Of a DNA stretch of 64,000 nt, positions 10,690-24,167 are shown in pieces. Source of the stretch: Marsupella aquatica. Lineage: Eukaryota > Plantae > Marchantiophyta. Below the pieces are notes generated by a model that saw only the letters and a program-made list of their open reading frames with translations, ran no database searches and was not told the DNA's origin. The first letter of the stretch is position 1. Every line of letters begins with the position of its first letter. Both the position numbers and the translations under genes were made by a program. The stretch spans positions 2,558,457 to 2,622,456 of the forward strand of contig OZ316894.1 of the NCBI GenBank assembly GCA_973895155.1, written 5' to 3'.

Positions 10690-13600
10690 CCTAAAACACA
10701 CGACGAGCAAAACTGAGGGCCAAACTCAAACTGAAGAACAGGGAGAGAAGCAGTAAGAACCAACTTCTGACACACTGAAACCCCAGCGAAAATCCCAATA
10801 TTTACAAAAGGATTCGCCAACTGCTAACCACTAAATGACGAAAAAAAACACAAACATGACTAAAACTGCCGGAACTTCAAGGTGGATCAAAAAGCCACAA
10901 TGGAGTGAATTCTATGATGAAAAGACCATCCTCCATACGGAACAAGCCACCATCATGACCAAAGTCCCGGATCATCTTTCCACACAAGTCTTGCCTTCCA
11001 CTGTCATTGAGTCGTAGTCGATCCTTCCCTTGCTTCCAAGCAATTTTCATATTCAATCTGAGCTCTCTCCAAATCTTAATCTTAATCCCCACCAGACTGA
11101 TCCGCACCTTCTCCTTTTCCCATGTGCATCGAGCCTTCCATAAATGCCAAATCGTAATTCCTCGGATTAAATGCCAAAGTTTAATTGGAGTATCACGAAT
11201 AGAACAATCCAAAGGAGCACCCATGATCACATGAACTGCAGAAAATGAAAAAATTTGTGAGACCCTCGATCCTGCTCTCTGCGTAATCCTATGTACCCAA
11301 CTCCAAATGTATCGTGATTCACAGCATCCCCATAAACAATGAAGAAAGTCTTCGTGCCAGTTACCCTCACATTGTCCGCACCACCATGCAGCATCGTTAC
11401 GAGAAAAAGGGATTAACACTCCAGCCTCATCCTTCCAAATCGAATGCCTGCCAATGTAATGTTTAGTCGCGAAGATTCTATGAGCGACTTGCCATAAGAA
11501 GAAATTAGTCTTCATCTCTCTGAATGGTTTCCAGATATTCCTCCAAATATCTTTATCCAACGGAACAGCATGCAACTCCTCTCTCCATTTCTGCACCCCT
11601 ACCATGTGCACTGCATCTCTGTTTTGTAATAATTTCCGAATGCTAGCAGTAGTAGCATGGAAGAAACTCAAACCATCTTTCCATAGGAATTGATCTGAGA
11701 TTCCAACAATCTCATCATCATGCCCTTTCAATCCAATGGCTTTCTTCTGTGAGAACCAATTCTTGACTTTCCCAGTAATCATCATATGTAAACTCACATT
11801 GGTTGTTGGAAGAGGACTCATAGCAATCCTTAGAAGAATTCCATCTTTGACAGAAAAGGTGCCTTTAATGCTTCCGACCACCTCTCCTGGATTCCAGAAG
11901 TATTTCAAATCTTGATTCAACATCATCACCTCCCATACCAGATTACCTTCCAGAATAGGTATCTGAGAAACCATAACAGTGACTTCTGCATTGTGTATTC
12001 CGAACTGTGGCATACTCAACCTAGAATTATTTAGAAGGGCCAGAAACGCTCGATGTCCACTGTTCTATACTCCCTTGCTGAGCATTTCGTTGCAGGAAAA
12101 AGGTGACCCATCCGAAGAACAAACATTTTGCCATTTCTGCATACCACATTGTCCCAACAGCTTTTGTTGATTTGACTTGCATCCCACCTTGCTAATCGCC
12201 ACATGAAGACTAGATGGAGACCACAATGGTAACTGTAAAGCCATTTGCAAATTAGCCGGTATCGAGAACTGCAACAGAGTTTTAACCTTATTCCATGATC
12301 TGCAAATTCCTTTCCACAAATTAGAACCATTTGACGGCAGTGTTCGACATGTGTTGAACACCCATGAGTAGTCATCAGATCCCCATTTTTTAACTGATAG
12401 ATCCCGAATACGGGATTGTAAGAGAGTCTGAAGAGGATGGTCTCCAGAAGAAACGGCAAACATCATAAATCTTGCTGCCAGTGCTACTACTTGATGTTCA
12501 ATCGCAATTAAGCCAACACCACCTAGCTTCTTTCTTAGATCAAGAGTGAGTGTGAAAATTAATCCGGTGCTGTGCTGAACTTTCTTGCCCTGCCCATAGA
12601 AAATCAATCAGCCCCATCTTAATAGCATGTAACTCCCGATCTGATCCACACCACAACGTAAGTGTAAACCACAGAGAACCCATCAGAATATGGTTGACTA
12701 CCAAAACCCGTGCGCGCCATAAAAGAATGTGGTCTCAACCTAGCCTGTATCAATTTCTTTTCCATGATCCCCTTGATCGATTGAAGTATATTTCCACTAT
12801 CAATCCCTTCCACACCAAAGAGAAAACCTAGTAGTTTTGAATAATCCTCTGAACTTTCCCAACGCCAATTTAAGTCGGATAGATCTCTTGGTAAAGGGTT
12901 CTTGCTTAGTAGAATAGCCGTCGCCTTATCCCAATTGCATCTCAAACCAGATGCCTTGGCAAAAATCTCAAAGAACTCCTTACAGTTATCAATATTCTCT
13001 TGTACTCCCTTGATAATAATTGTCATATTATCGGCATATATAGAACTGTTGCGCAAGGTGTAAACCTTCTTTCTCAAATTTAATGCCCTTCAACCTTCCC
13101 GATGATAACTTCTCCGTCAACAAGCTATCTAGCCCCTGAATCGCAATGATAAAAAATAACGGTCAAATAGGGCATCCCTGCCTTACCGATCTTGTAATTC
13201 TGAAAGTGGAAGAAACCTTTCCATTTATCAAAATCACAGATGAAGCATTCTTCGTAATTGCATTGAAGAATTTGATGAAAATATCTCCAAATCCTAACCT
13301 CTCCAGCATCTTTTCAATAAAGATCCATTCCACGCCGTCGAATGCCTTTATTACATCCAGCTTCAAGCATACAAAAGGATCCGGCTCTCTCATAGCCTGA
13401 GCCATCATTTCATTTGTAAGCAGTAACGTATGATGAATAGACCTTCCCGACAAATATGCATATTGTTGTGACGAAATGATCTTGATCAGCACTCTGATTA
13501 ATCGTAATTGAAAAGCTTTGGTACCAATCTTATAACTCATAGTCAATAGCGATATCGGTCGCTTATTTTCAATTTGACATTCATCCCCTTTCTTAGCCAG

Positions 13601-15010
13601 AAGAATGATAATTCCTTTGAGGAACTTAGGATCAAAAGAACCTTTATCAATACCGTATTGCAATGCTTGCAACAGAATAGGGCCCAATTCATTCCAAAAC
13701 GCTATGAAGAATTCCGCTGGCACTCCATCATGCCCAGGAGCCTTAAGTTTCCCTAAAGCCTTTGTAGCCGCCTGAATTTCTTCTAACGACAAATCCTGTT
13801 CCAATAAAATTTTATCTTCCCTCGAGATACGAATCTTTACCTTCTCCAGAATCCGTTCCAACTCCTCTTCTGATGGCTTGTATTTTGATGAAAGGAGGTT
13901 AGAATAGAATGTAGTGGCTATCTGCGCCATGTCCGACCATTCGCCCTGCACCTTATCCTCATGATCATATAGCCCTTTCAATTCTAAAGCAATCGCTTTA
14001 GGTTTGAATGATGTGAATTGTAATTGAGAACACTTATCCCCGTGTTGAATCCACTTCATCCTCATCGCTTCCTTAATCCATTTTAGCTTGTTTTCATCCA
14101 ACCTCTATAAGTTTCCTTGGCATTCCAACAAAGCTTCCTGCCTCTCAGTATTATGTGGCTCTTCTTCTAGATTGAACTGCGCTAGCGATAACTTATCTTG
14201 AAGCTCTTTGCATTTTAAAGCTTGCAGCATTGCCTGTCTTTTGCCCCATGCCCTATCCATGTTGGTCGCTCTTTTAAGGCAGCCGTCCAACAATTTATCA
14301 GGGGGAACCTTTTTACGAATCATCTTTGCTATCTCCATTCGTAGCAACTCTTCCATCTTTCGTCTGAATGAATCATCACAAAAATGAGCAGAATTCATTT
14401 TGAACCGTGACGGCAGAAATTGGTTAACTCCATTGGTACAATGAATACTCAGGGGATGATGGTCTGACATGTATTGTGCAAAGATAATCCTCGACTCAAT
14501 GGAACAATTGAACTGCTGCGACCTCTCTGGCGCATAACATCTATCCAAACGTCGATAGATTCTATCTGTGACAAGCATATGTCCCCCTATTCTCATATTA
14601 CACCATGAGAATCTAAGTTGACCCGGAAGTCTTTTGAATGTATCACACGATTTCATCTTCCTCAAGAGATGTTCCCACACCCTTTTTTCACGCCCAGCTA
14701 CTACATGAGGACGACCACCAATCTGATCCTCCAGATTTTCCACCATATTAAAATCTCCCAGCATGATCCATGCAATATCATTTCGTATCTCCTGGAACAC
14801 TTCTGCCCAAAGACCATCTCTCTCTCTTTCTCCATCTATCCCTTTTTGGGGAGGTGGAAGGCTTGCATCCTCCCTATTTCTCTAACTGGATGTCAAAGAG
14901 TTGGCGTGATGAGGTTTTGTCTTACTTTGTTTCTTTTGAATTAGAAGCTAGGACAGACACGATCTGCTAATGTCAGAGAAGAAGGCATAATAGTCTTCAC
15001 CTAGTTTTAT
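10690..15010 (-). mobile_element. Decayed L1/Tx1-like LINE ORF2 (APE endonuclease, RT, zf-RVT), 5'-truncated
   Basis: WIMLGDFN, RLDRCY, SDHHP (endonuclease); KAPGHDG, RPISLL, KLDVIKAFD, VRQGCP, YADN (RT); FFLWQVAH..CGQC..HCLWGC; split by stops and frameshifts. Confidence 0.92.
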
Positions 15011-15019
15011 CAGATTAAG

Positions 15020-16339
15020 TCTCCCCCCTCCTCTCCTTTAATGCAATTTAGGCCTAGTGCCCTGGCAAAAGACTCCCGTGAGAGGAGTCGAGTGTACTCC
15101 CCTCCCCTACTTCAATGTTGCTTAGGGCCTTGTGCCCTCTCTTGGCACTCGCTCCCCCTCCCCCTGATTTAATGCTTCATAGGTCTCCGTGCTTGACTGC
15201 CTGGCAAAAGGACTCCTGAGGGAAGGAGTCGTATGTACTCCCCCCCTCCATTTAATGTAGCATAGGGCCTCGTGCCCACTCCTTGCGCTGCTGCCTTGGC
15301 TCTATCTCCCCCCTATGAATGCTGGCAACGGAAGGTCGAGGCCTGGAACGAGGTCTGGAGGAGGCAAAAGAAAACCGGGACCCCCCTTTAAGACAAGGCA
15401 CGATGTCCTATGTGCGGGAGGACTGGAAGAGAGAAGCTCGAAAGGGTGGGCGTGCGGCCCTATGCGCGCCCAGGGGCAATTTAATGAATGTCGTATTTGT
15501 ATACACAGGCAGGACTGAGCTCACAATAATAATTGCAAGGGAAGGCGAGAAGAAACAACGGCCGGGAAGAAAAATTGGGTGGCAGCAGGTCACGATCGGA
15601 AAAAGGCAAAGCAAACGGACCCGTGGCTCTGTGCGCTCGGGAGGTAGTCGCGAGGTGATCGCACGGTAGTCGAGGGAAACTCGCCGGCAGCCATGGCCGG
15701 GAATGCAAAAACAACCCCAAAAGCAGTCGAGGCAGCAAGCGGCCGTGACAATAAGAAGGAGCAAAGGGGTCACGGATGCAACCAGAAAATGAAATCCAGA
15801 CCTCCTCGAGAGCATTGATATGTGTATACACTTAAGTATACACATAACAACATAAACCCACAACTTCCAACTCGTCGCTCCGATGTTCGTTGAAGAAATT
15901 GCAATGATTTCACCAGAAATTATCAAAACCGCCACAAGCAATCTTCTTCCCCTCACTGCTATCTCAAGAGTTCTTCTTGAATAAAAGGCGTAAGAGAAAT
16001 AAGTGTACTGAAATCAAATCAAAAACTGGCAAGATGCCAAGATCGGCCGGGAGCATCTAACGAATCACTGTGTGAATCCCGTGTACGGAACCGACAAGCA
16101 TTGTTTGAGCTCTGTCAATAGCGATTCAAGAAGAACTGAAAAATGGCAAAGAAAAACATGCCCTAAGTAGGACCGGGTCTAGGCATCACACTAACAAACA
16201 CCTTTGCTTCAAGAACGGCCCAGACTCGCTACAAGAACATGACACTAACTCAAGTAGTACACTAGCCCTAACTACATACCTGGCAGGCATGCAAGGGACA
16301 TGCCGATGTGCACAAGAGGCATTGTCCCTCGGCATGACA
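15020..16339 (-). mobile_element. Second, truncated copy of the split-LTR Gypsy family (a1 plus 5' UTR only)
   Basis: 15981-16339 is repeat a ending ..gcatgaca; parts of 15020-15980 resemble 9535-10328; the self-priming inverted repeat is retained (15969-15982 / 16124-16137). Confidence 0.88.
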
Positions 16340-18670
16340 CTGCCCAATTGTGCCCATTTTATGAGCTGTCCTGGCAGCTGATTGGTGACTTAATTTACAA
16401 ATGCTCCCCATCATGCAACCTCTATATATATGCAGCTCCCTAAATTTCTCAGCTGCCTCAACCAATACTTCCAGAAATGGCATGATGGTTGGAGCTAGAT
16501 GTTGTAATAGGGCATCACAATATATTATTCCCATTTTTCCATTCAGTTGCTAAATTGTATGGGAAATTTAATTCTACAAGCATGACCAAAACCCAACTTT
16601 AGAGAAAACTTAATCCATCGCTTTTGGTTTGAGATGGTACAACATGCTCCTACAAGTCCCGTCAACATCATCATTTTTTCAATGGGCAGTGACAATTCTT
16701 GAAGGGCATTGACACGTTTTTTAGCAAGTGACTTTAGGTGCAGATGCCAATGCACCGCCCGAGCTGGTGACATACAGATTTTGTAGACCTGGCCCATCGG
16801 TAGCATTTTGGTCTTGTAGTCCTCCAGGAAACAATTTTGTTGAGATGTCCTAATAAGGACTTCCGGTCAAGTTATAGGTCAGCACCCAAGGCGTGAAGAG
16901 GTGGACGTGCGGCCCCAGTCAGGGACACTGTGTGTTAAATCCATACACGAGAACATAAACTAGTACACTATATTTATGATCTACAAACCAAGTGATTTGA
17001 GCGACATGTGTCTTGGTTTGTGTTTTGGTTGCACGTCTGACGTAGATTTAACGCGCGGTGTCAAAGACCAAACTTGGAGACGGCCTTCACTCACAATTGG
17101 GGACAGGCAACAGTTTATTCTTGTGGCAAAGGATCTCACCGGTCAGGTAAAACACTGTCATACCATTGGCAATTAGTTCCCTGTTTCCGACAGGGTTTCC
17201 AAGGAGCAAATCTTCATCAAGATCTTAGAAGGGAATAATCCAGATCAAGGGATGTTGGCAAGATTCTTAATGAGGACCATTGGGAATGTTACAACAATAC
17301 AAAGTTCTTTTGAAGCAAAGGTGTGGGTGTAGTCGCCACTGACTAAGAGGATATTCACTGAAAGAGCCGGCATCATTTGCCCACAAGTCCTAGGCAAGGT
17401 ATTGGTTGTTTGCCCACAGCTCATTACCATGCAATGTACCCAATTGCCAGTTGTTGATAGTTGCCTAACACCACTAACCAGTTGCCACAAGTCCATCTAT
17501 TGGGCTTGTTTGACACCCTATCTGTGCTTGTTCCCAAGAATATTTGCAGCTCCTTTCCGTGGTCACAACTGTACATTTAAACTGTGGGGTTCAATTATGG
17601 ATTTAATAGAGGAAATTATGTTTCACTTCATTACAAAGAGCAACTGTTCAAGATACCAGTTGCCAACTGAATGCACTGCTAAACTTTTGGAATTAGTCAG
17701 TGAACTTACTCCTAACTAGAGACTGTTTTCCAGCTGGCTACAGCCAACCCAGATGTACTAACCAACTTTTCTTACTCCTACTGTCTTCAAATATGGTCAA
17801 AACAGGGACTTTATGCAAAAAAGACGTTTTCACTCAAACACAGCGCCATATTAACACAGCGCCTGGATCTGACTATTCATTAAAAGTGGACAAAAACTAG
17901 TTATTTGGACATTTGGGCAATAAAATTTGGACCTTTGAGGCTGAAAAGTGTACATTTGGAGATCATAAAGTGTACATTTGGGGAAGAGAATTGGACATTT
18001 GGGAGAAAAAAATGGACATATTAATAAAATTTATTAAGGGCCCAAACAATAAAATATTAATAAAATTGAATGAACCCAACCAAAATAAAATGCCTATGTT
18101 TTCAAGATTATATTAACAATCTATGACTCCAAGGTTATGTTAGTAACTAGAGTGACCAAAAATATTGCCTAAAGTGTACACAAATAGCTTCTCAATTTCT
18201 CACATTCATACACAAAATAGGAGCGTTCGTATGGTTGTCACCCTTAGTCGCAACTTTCACCCCAAAAAAGATAAGAACACACTTAGCAACTAAGTTCAAA
18301 ATCTGGAATGGATGGGTGAACTCAAAGCACACAGTTTTGCAACAACTCTCAAACATTTATACCCAAGGGTTGATCCAATATAAACCCACAATCTCTCCAC
18401 CAGAATTCACTTTCCTTTGAGTTAGTGCATGGACAGTAGAGCATAAAGGGAGGATGGGGGGGCAACCTCGGGTTTAGGGAGAAAGGGTATACACAAGAGG
18501 GACGGAGAGAGGGACCGAGATCTTTGATGCCTTTACTAAAATCCTCAGCCCCTCCTTTGCTTGCAAACAAACTCCATACAATAAAAAATCTCTCTCCATG
18601 GTTGGAAGTCTAAATTACATAGTCCCATTTACTAATATCCAAACTACATTGAACATCAATTTCTTGGCCA

Positions 18671-21600
18671 TCACGGAGGGAAAGTGTCAATTTTGTGCCA
18701 ACCTCCTAGAGAGATTGAAATTAATGCATTGTAATAAAATGATAGTATCAAAGTTTGTGAATATACTCCTGGACAGATTTGAGTACGTATCTTAGGAGGA
18801 ATTTTCAATCCTCGATCTATAATGTTCTTTTCTTTCATACCCGATTTAAATCCATACATTGCAGACGAAGCATATTGCCATGCAATGTAGTCATTATCAA
18901 AATTTGGGTTGCGTTCCCAAATTTTGCTCGCCATGAAACACGTACGGTATCAGACTCCTTCGTCTGCATCAAGTTTTCCATGCTTTGGCCTCCACCATTG
19001 AAGCGGAAACATTGGAGCAACTCTATCCACAGAATTTTCATGAGGAAGTGAAGTTGATGTTGAAGTAACATCAGTGATTTTGTGCTTTGGGTCTATTTCT
19101 CCCACAGCTCGAACCAACCAACACAAACCTTTCCCGTACTTCTGTTCCCAATCATCTTCAGGACGAAGGAACACAAAATGTCCCTCCCAAATATCCTCAA
19201 GAGGATTCCAATGACACTTCTCTCTTTCAGAACGAGACCCCACAAAGGGTGTTGTACGATCCTCCATCTCCTTGTTATACTCATTTTGAAGTCCTGTCAT
19301 TTCTTGATTCTCCTCCTCCTCCACTGGTTCGAAAGGAACATCAAATTCTTCAGAGATTCCTCCATTAGACTTGTAGCCTGTGCCATGATTTGTCTTAGGC
19401 CAAAACCCAAATTGTAGCAACAAAATATTAATGTCCTCCCCATCCAATTTAAGGGATCCTGATAGCTGCTCCTTCACATTCTCCCAATATTTGATTAATG
19501 GTGATCGCTCACGATACATGGCAGATGTTGGATCAGTACAACTACTCTTGAGATGCTCAATAAATTTTCCAATAAATTTAAGCACATCATCTGATTCCTT
19601 ATGGAGGTCAACAATCCGTTTGGAAAAAGGTTGTCCATCAGGAATGCTCAGATTTTGAGTGATAGAATCTCTTTCCCAAATACACCTTCCATCCGTGGGA
19701 AGCCATGGTTGCTTCATATGTGTTTTGTATTGCCATATTGGTAAGTTCCTAGCTTTTCATGGAGAAAAGAAATGCAATTGGTTGTGATTGACCTGAGATA
19801 TCCTTTACATGCGATCACAAGTAGTCTTTGTATGCTGCAACCTCTTGAATCAACCTTGGAACAGGGTGGATGCTCTCGCATTCCCAGACTTCCGCCATGA
19901 GTGCCAACAAAGTTGAAACTTCTCGATTTTGAACTTGCTTTGCTACCTTTGAAAAAAGTGCGTCCACGTCCTCGTGTGTATGTCCAACCATGAGAAAGGA
20001 CATTTGCACCGTTTCAAAAACCCCTCTAGCAACAAGTTGGCTACAAAAGGCCATCACAGTTTGATTTTTATTATCCTTTCCGGAGTTGTCCATTTGTAGA
20101 GTAAGGTGACGCGGCAAGGGTTTGAAAGCGGACCTTGATTCTTTCCCTCTTGAAGCATCTCCTTGAGTCTGGGTTGATCCTAGATCAATCCCATCCTCCT
20201 CAATACCTTGATATCTAGTAACATCAAGCTTCTTTGGTTGTAAATATCCTTGTAGAAAAGCATCAAAATCAAGTAGCTTTTGAAATATCATCCGGGTGGT
20301 TTCCCAATAAAGCCCTACAACAATATCTCCAGTCTTGTCTCCATCATACTCTTCAAGATCACGGAGGCATTTGGCTAGCGAAGAAACAGTAAAATCTGAG
20401 TCTCCGGGCCATAGACCCGTAACACTAAAATGCGCATATACTCCTGGATCCCTACTGTGAGTCAACACTCCTGTGAGAGCTACAGGAAGTGGAATTCCCT
20501 GACCCGAAAGTGATTTTGGAAGGCTAGCCAATCTTGGTATCCATGTTTTGGCCTGATCCATCTTATCATGAATGATACAAAGATAATTATCAGGGTCTTT
20601 TTTGGCAAAAACCTGTGAGCATAATATTGGTACCTCTTGGACATCTGCTCCCTCAAGTGCCTTGATCTACTTTCTTCAATTTCTCCCCTTTCTTTCTTTC
20701 TTCTCTCCTTCATCAAACTCTCTTTGAATGTAATGCAAAGATTACACTTTGCAAAAGGTCCCTCCTTGTGAAAAGTGTAGTTATCAAACGATTTGTTCCA
20801 TGTAGTGTACATGGTATTGATCAAAACTGGTTCAACGCCATCTACTTGCATCTTTGATTTCACCTCCTCATAGATGTTCTTTTTGTTGAAGCATGAAGGA
20901 AGTTTGTACTCAATTCAATCTGTTCCACACATACCCGTATATGAAAGATGGGGCATCGGCTCTCCATATTCAATCAAGATGGCCTCAAGGTAAGCACGTC
21001 CAATCAATGTGCTTGATCTTGTTTTTGACACTCCAGTGTTTCCGTGGAAACCAATTTGACAACCATCCTCATACTGGCTTTTGTAACTGTAAAATTGGGA
21101 TCTACTAAACCCATGAATGGTATAAAAAGCCTCTCGACAAACTATCTGTCCATTGAGTACAAAATATCCTTTCTTCACCACCGAGTCCTCTCTGCAATGG
21201 AAAAGGTTAAGGATGTAACTTGTTTTGTTGTTGCAAGACATCCCATGGTACTCGCTTCTTCTTTCTTCCATCTCATCCCGTGAAATATTAAGGGTACACT
21301 TCAGTTTGCAACATTGTTCTCGTTTGATGGCATCAATGGACTCTTCAGTTATTTTTGTCACCACCCGAGATTGAAGATGTCTTCTCCGTCTTTCTTCAGG
21401 ACCAACCTTCATTCTCTTGATACAATTATATGGTCGTTTTGCTGCAGGAATGCTGAGAGTCTCCGGAGGGTCAACATCATATTTACCCTCTATTGCCCAT
21501 TTGTCAGAATACTTGTCCACAATATCTCCAAGAAAGCACCCATTAGCCTCAAGCTTCAAAGAATGAATGGCCCCACCTAATGAGGCCAGGAACACCCTTT

Positions 21601-22461
21601 TGTTCCAATGGGAAGAATGAAGTTTCAAAAATATCCAAAATTGCAACTCCAACGTTGTTTGGGCCAAGGGGTTCCCCGTCAACAACCCCTCCTTCATAAG
21701 GAACAGAAATCACACCTCGAGCAAGGAGATCTTGGCGATCTTTGGAGAATAACTCGACGTGCTCACCCATCCAGTCTGAACGAAGGACAAAATCCTTTTG
21801 CTTTTTGTTTGTAGATCCTGACAACAATTCTTTATTGAGTGACTTTGGCCCTCTGGGTTTGTGCCCCTCCTTCTAACATTAACTAAATCCCAAATCACCC
21901 ACGTGTCCTTTGCCTCAGCAACGGTTTCAGCTCCATCATGGATATAGGGCAAAGGGGCGGATCCATCATAGATCTCATTTATTCGAACACTAATCCGACC
22001 TTCTCCAAGAATGTCATTGTGACAATGATCAGTTGGGGACATCTTGAAAACAAATCCATTGGAGACATGCCGACCTGAAATGAGCATCTCCACCACATCC
22101 CCTTCCAAAAGTCTGGATCTATCTGTAATAGCTGTTGTATCAGTTACTGATGTTTGCCAATTGTCTACTATTGGATATGCAAAACCTGCAACATCTTCCC
22201 TGTTTGGACTAGTGTCACCATGTAGCAAAATAGATGACCTCTCCCATAAAACACAACATCAATTGCATCGTCAAGCTTGGTTGCCATTGGTGTTGGAACG
22301 GGAAGGGTGCGAGACCCCTCAATGGTCTTGAGAATCAAAACACCAATTCTTGATTCTCCAATCGTAATCTTATGCACAATATCAGCTGGATCCGTTTTCT
22401 GAACAATTCCAATTCCAACTTCATATCCATCAATTGTTAACATGACTTTGTCCCCACGCAA
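18671..22461 (-). pseudogene. Sola-like DDD transposase with three N-terminal repeats, fragmented
   Basis: CCKLKC..VCREAFYTIHGFS; FAKCNLC; CIIHDKMDQAK; LQMDNSGKDNKN; FLMVGHTHEDVDALFS; several frameshifts and stops. Confidence 0.8.
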
Positions 22462-23091
22462 AAAGTCACAAAACTTGAAAGAGTCAAAACCTAGGCATAA
22501 AGGAAATCATTTTGTTTCAAACAGCTGTGTCAAGCTGTACAAATTTTTATGGGGTACACAACATCATCAGTTATCTCACAAATTTTAGAATCTCAGCTGA
22601 GGAGTTGAGATGGGGCCTTCGAACTTCCGCTCATCTCAGCTGGGCAGTCAAGGTTGATTCAATCTCGGCTGACCTTGCCGAGATGGGCGTGCGGACCGAA
22701 AAAAACAAAAAAAATCAAAACCAAAAATTTTCCCAAAAACAAATTTTGAAAAAAAAAATTTCGGAAATTTTTTTCCCATCTCGGCTGGGCTCGCCAAGAT
22801 AGGTGTCCGTACGGTACGGACGCCTCCTGGCAAATTTTTTTAAAAAAAAAAAAGTTAAAAAAAATTCAAGAATTGTTTTTTTCTTCATTTTTTTCTTTTT
22901 CGCATCGCAACTTGGCGGCCTCTCTGAGATGAGGTGGCAGCTGATATCAGGTACACTGATGAAAGTGACTGATAACTGATGAGATTACTTATCTCAATTT
23001 TTATTCACTGTTGAGTGGGTCTTCACAAAACAAACCTTGATCATGCAGCCTCCATCAAAGGGGTCCAACCTGGATTTGGCTTATGCTAAAA

Positions 23092-23740
23092 CATCTCAAA
23101 ACTAAATTAAATTGAAAGTGCTCCCTTCAGCAAAATAATCTGATGGACATCTCCAAGCCTTGGATCGGAACTGAAGGTCAATACAAGATTGACCTTCCCC
23201 ATTTCATGATTGAGGCTTACGGTTAATATGAGTGATCACCCGAGTGATTCTACTTGATTTGAAGAGGAGGGTCTATACGAGATCAACCCACCTTTTAAAT
23301 GAAGAGTTTAGCATGCATACAAGACCAACAATCTTGCAAGTTTTGAGTGTTGAACCTAATAGTTGCAAGAGGGGGCTTGGGAGGATTCTCATTAATTCCA
23401 ATGATTTGATAATTGGATGAATGCGAGTTAAATTTATATAGTCTGATTCTACCATGATGGCTTAATTAAACTAAAATCTCAAAACTAAATTAAATGAAAC
23501 ATTGGTGCTTCCAATGTTAGGAACATAATCTGAGGAGCTGAGGGTCAATACAAGATCAACCCTCCGCATTTCACGGTTGAGGCCTAAGGTTGATAGGAGG
23601 GTGATTCTACGTGGTTTGAAGAGAGCCTGGGTTTATACAAGACCATCCCTCATTCTCATTTCAAGAGAGTTTGGAATACATATGAGACCAACCATCTAGC
23701 AAGTTTCCAAGGTTGATCCTAACAACTGCAAGAGGGAGAA
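23092..23740. repeat. Diverged tandem duplication (~380 bp period)
   Basis: atctcaaaactaaattaaat..ctga.ggtcaatacaagat..ttgaggc..cctaa..tgcaagaggg occurs at ~23092-23380 and ~23476-23740. Confidence 0.7.
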
Positions 23741-24116
23741 AGGAACTTCCACACAATTCCATACAAACATGAATACCATTTCATGATCTAAATGTGAATT
23801 GTGAAACCACTAGTTTTCATAACAAATGCAATTCAAATGAATTTGTTTAAAGATTACCTTCTGGTTGCTATGTAGTGGAACTCAAGGGCTTCTATAACAT
23901 TGTTTGACAGTTATTCAAGATTGAAAAGGCAATACAAGATGATAATTGGTCTTGTATTGAGAAGAAACTATATAGAGCCTAAATTTAGAAGCCTATGGTA
24001 GCTCCCAGAATTTAATGAAAATAAGTGTATCAAAATATTTTTTGAAAATGAAGATGACAAGACCCAAGAATTAGAATCAAAGTAAGAAGAACCTTCAATC
24101 ATGGACATAGAGGAGC

Positions 24117-24120
<4 letters not shown>

Positions 24121-24162
<42 letters not shown>
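24121..24162. repeat. (AG)n microsatellite
   Basis: Directly visible. Confidence 0.95.

Positions 24163-24167
<5 letters not shown>

Noticed and set aside
16340-17800. Fragmentary minus-strand ORFs
   Set aside because: Possibly a decayed TE gene, but no recognisable motif; not called.
18219-22828. Short inverted similarity (aggagcgttcgta / tacggacgcctcct) as TIRs of a stand-alone Sola element
   Set aside because: The match is too short and gapped, and there is no TSD.
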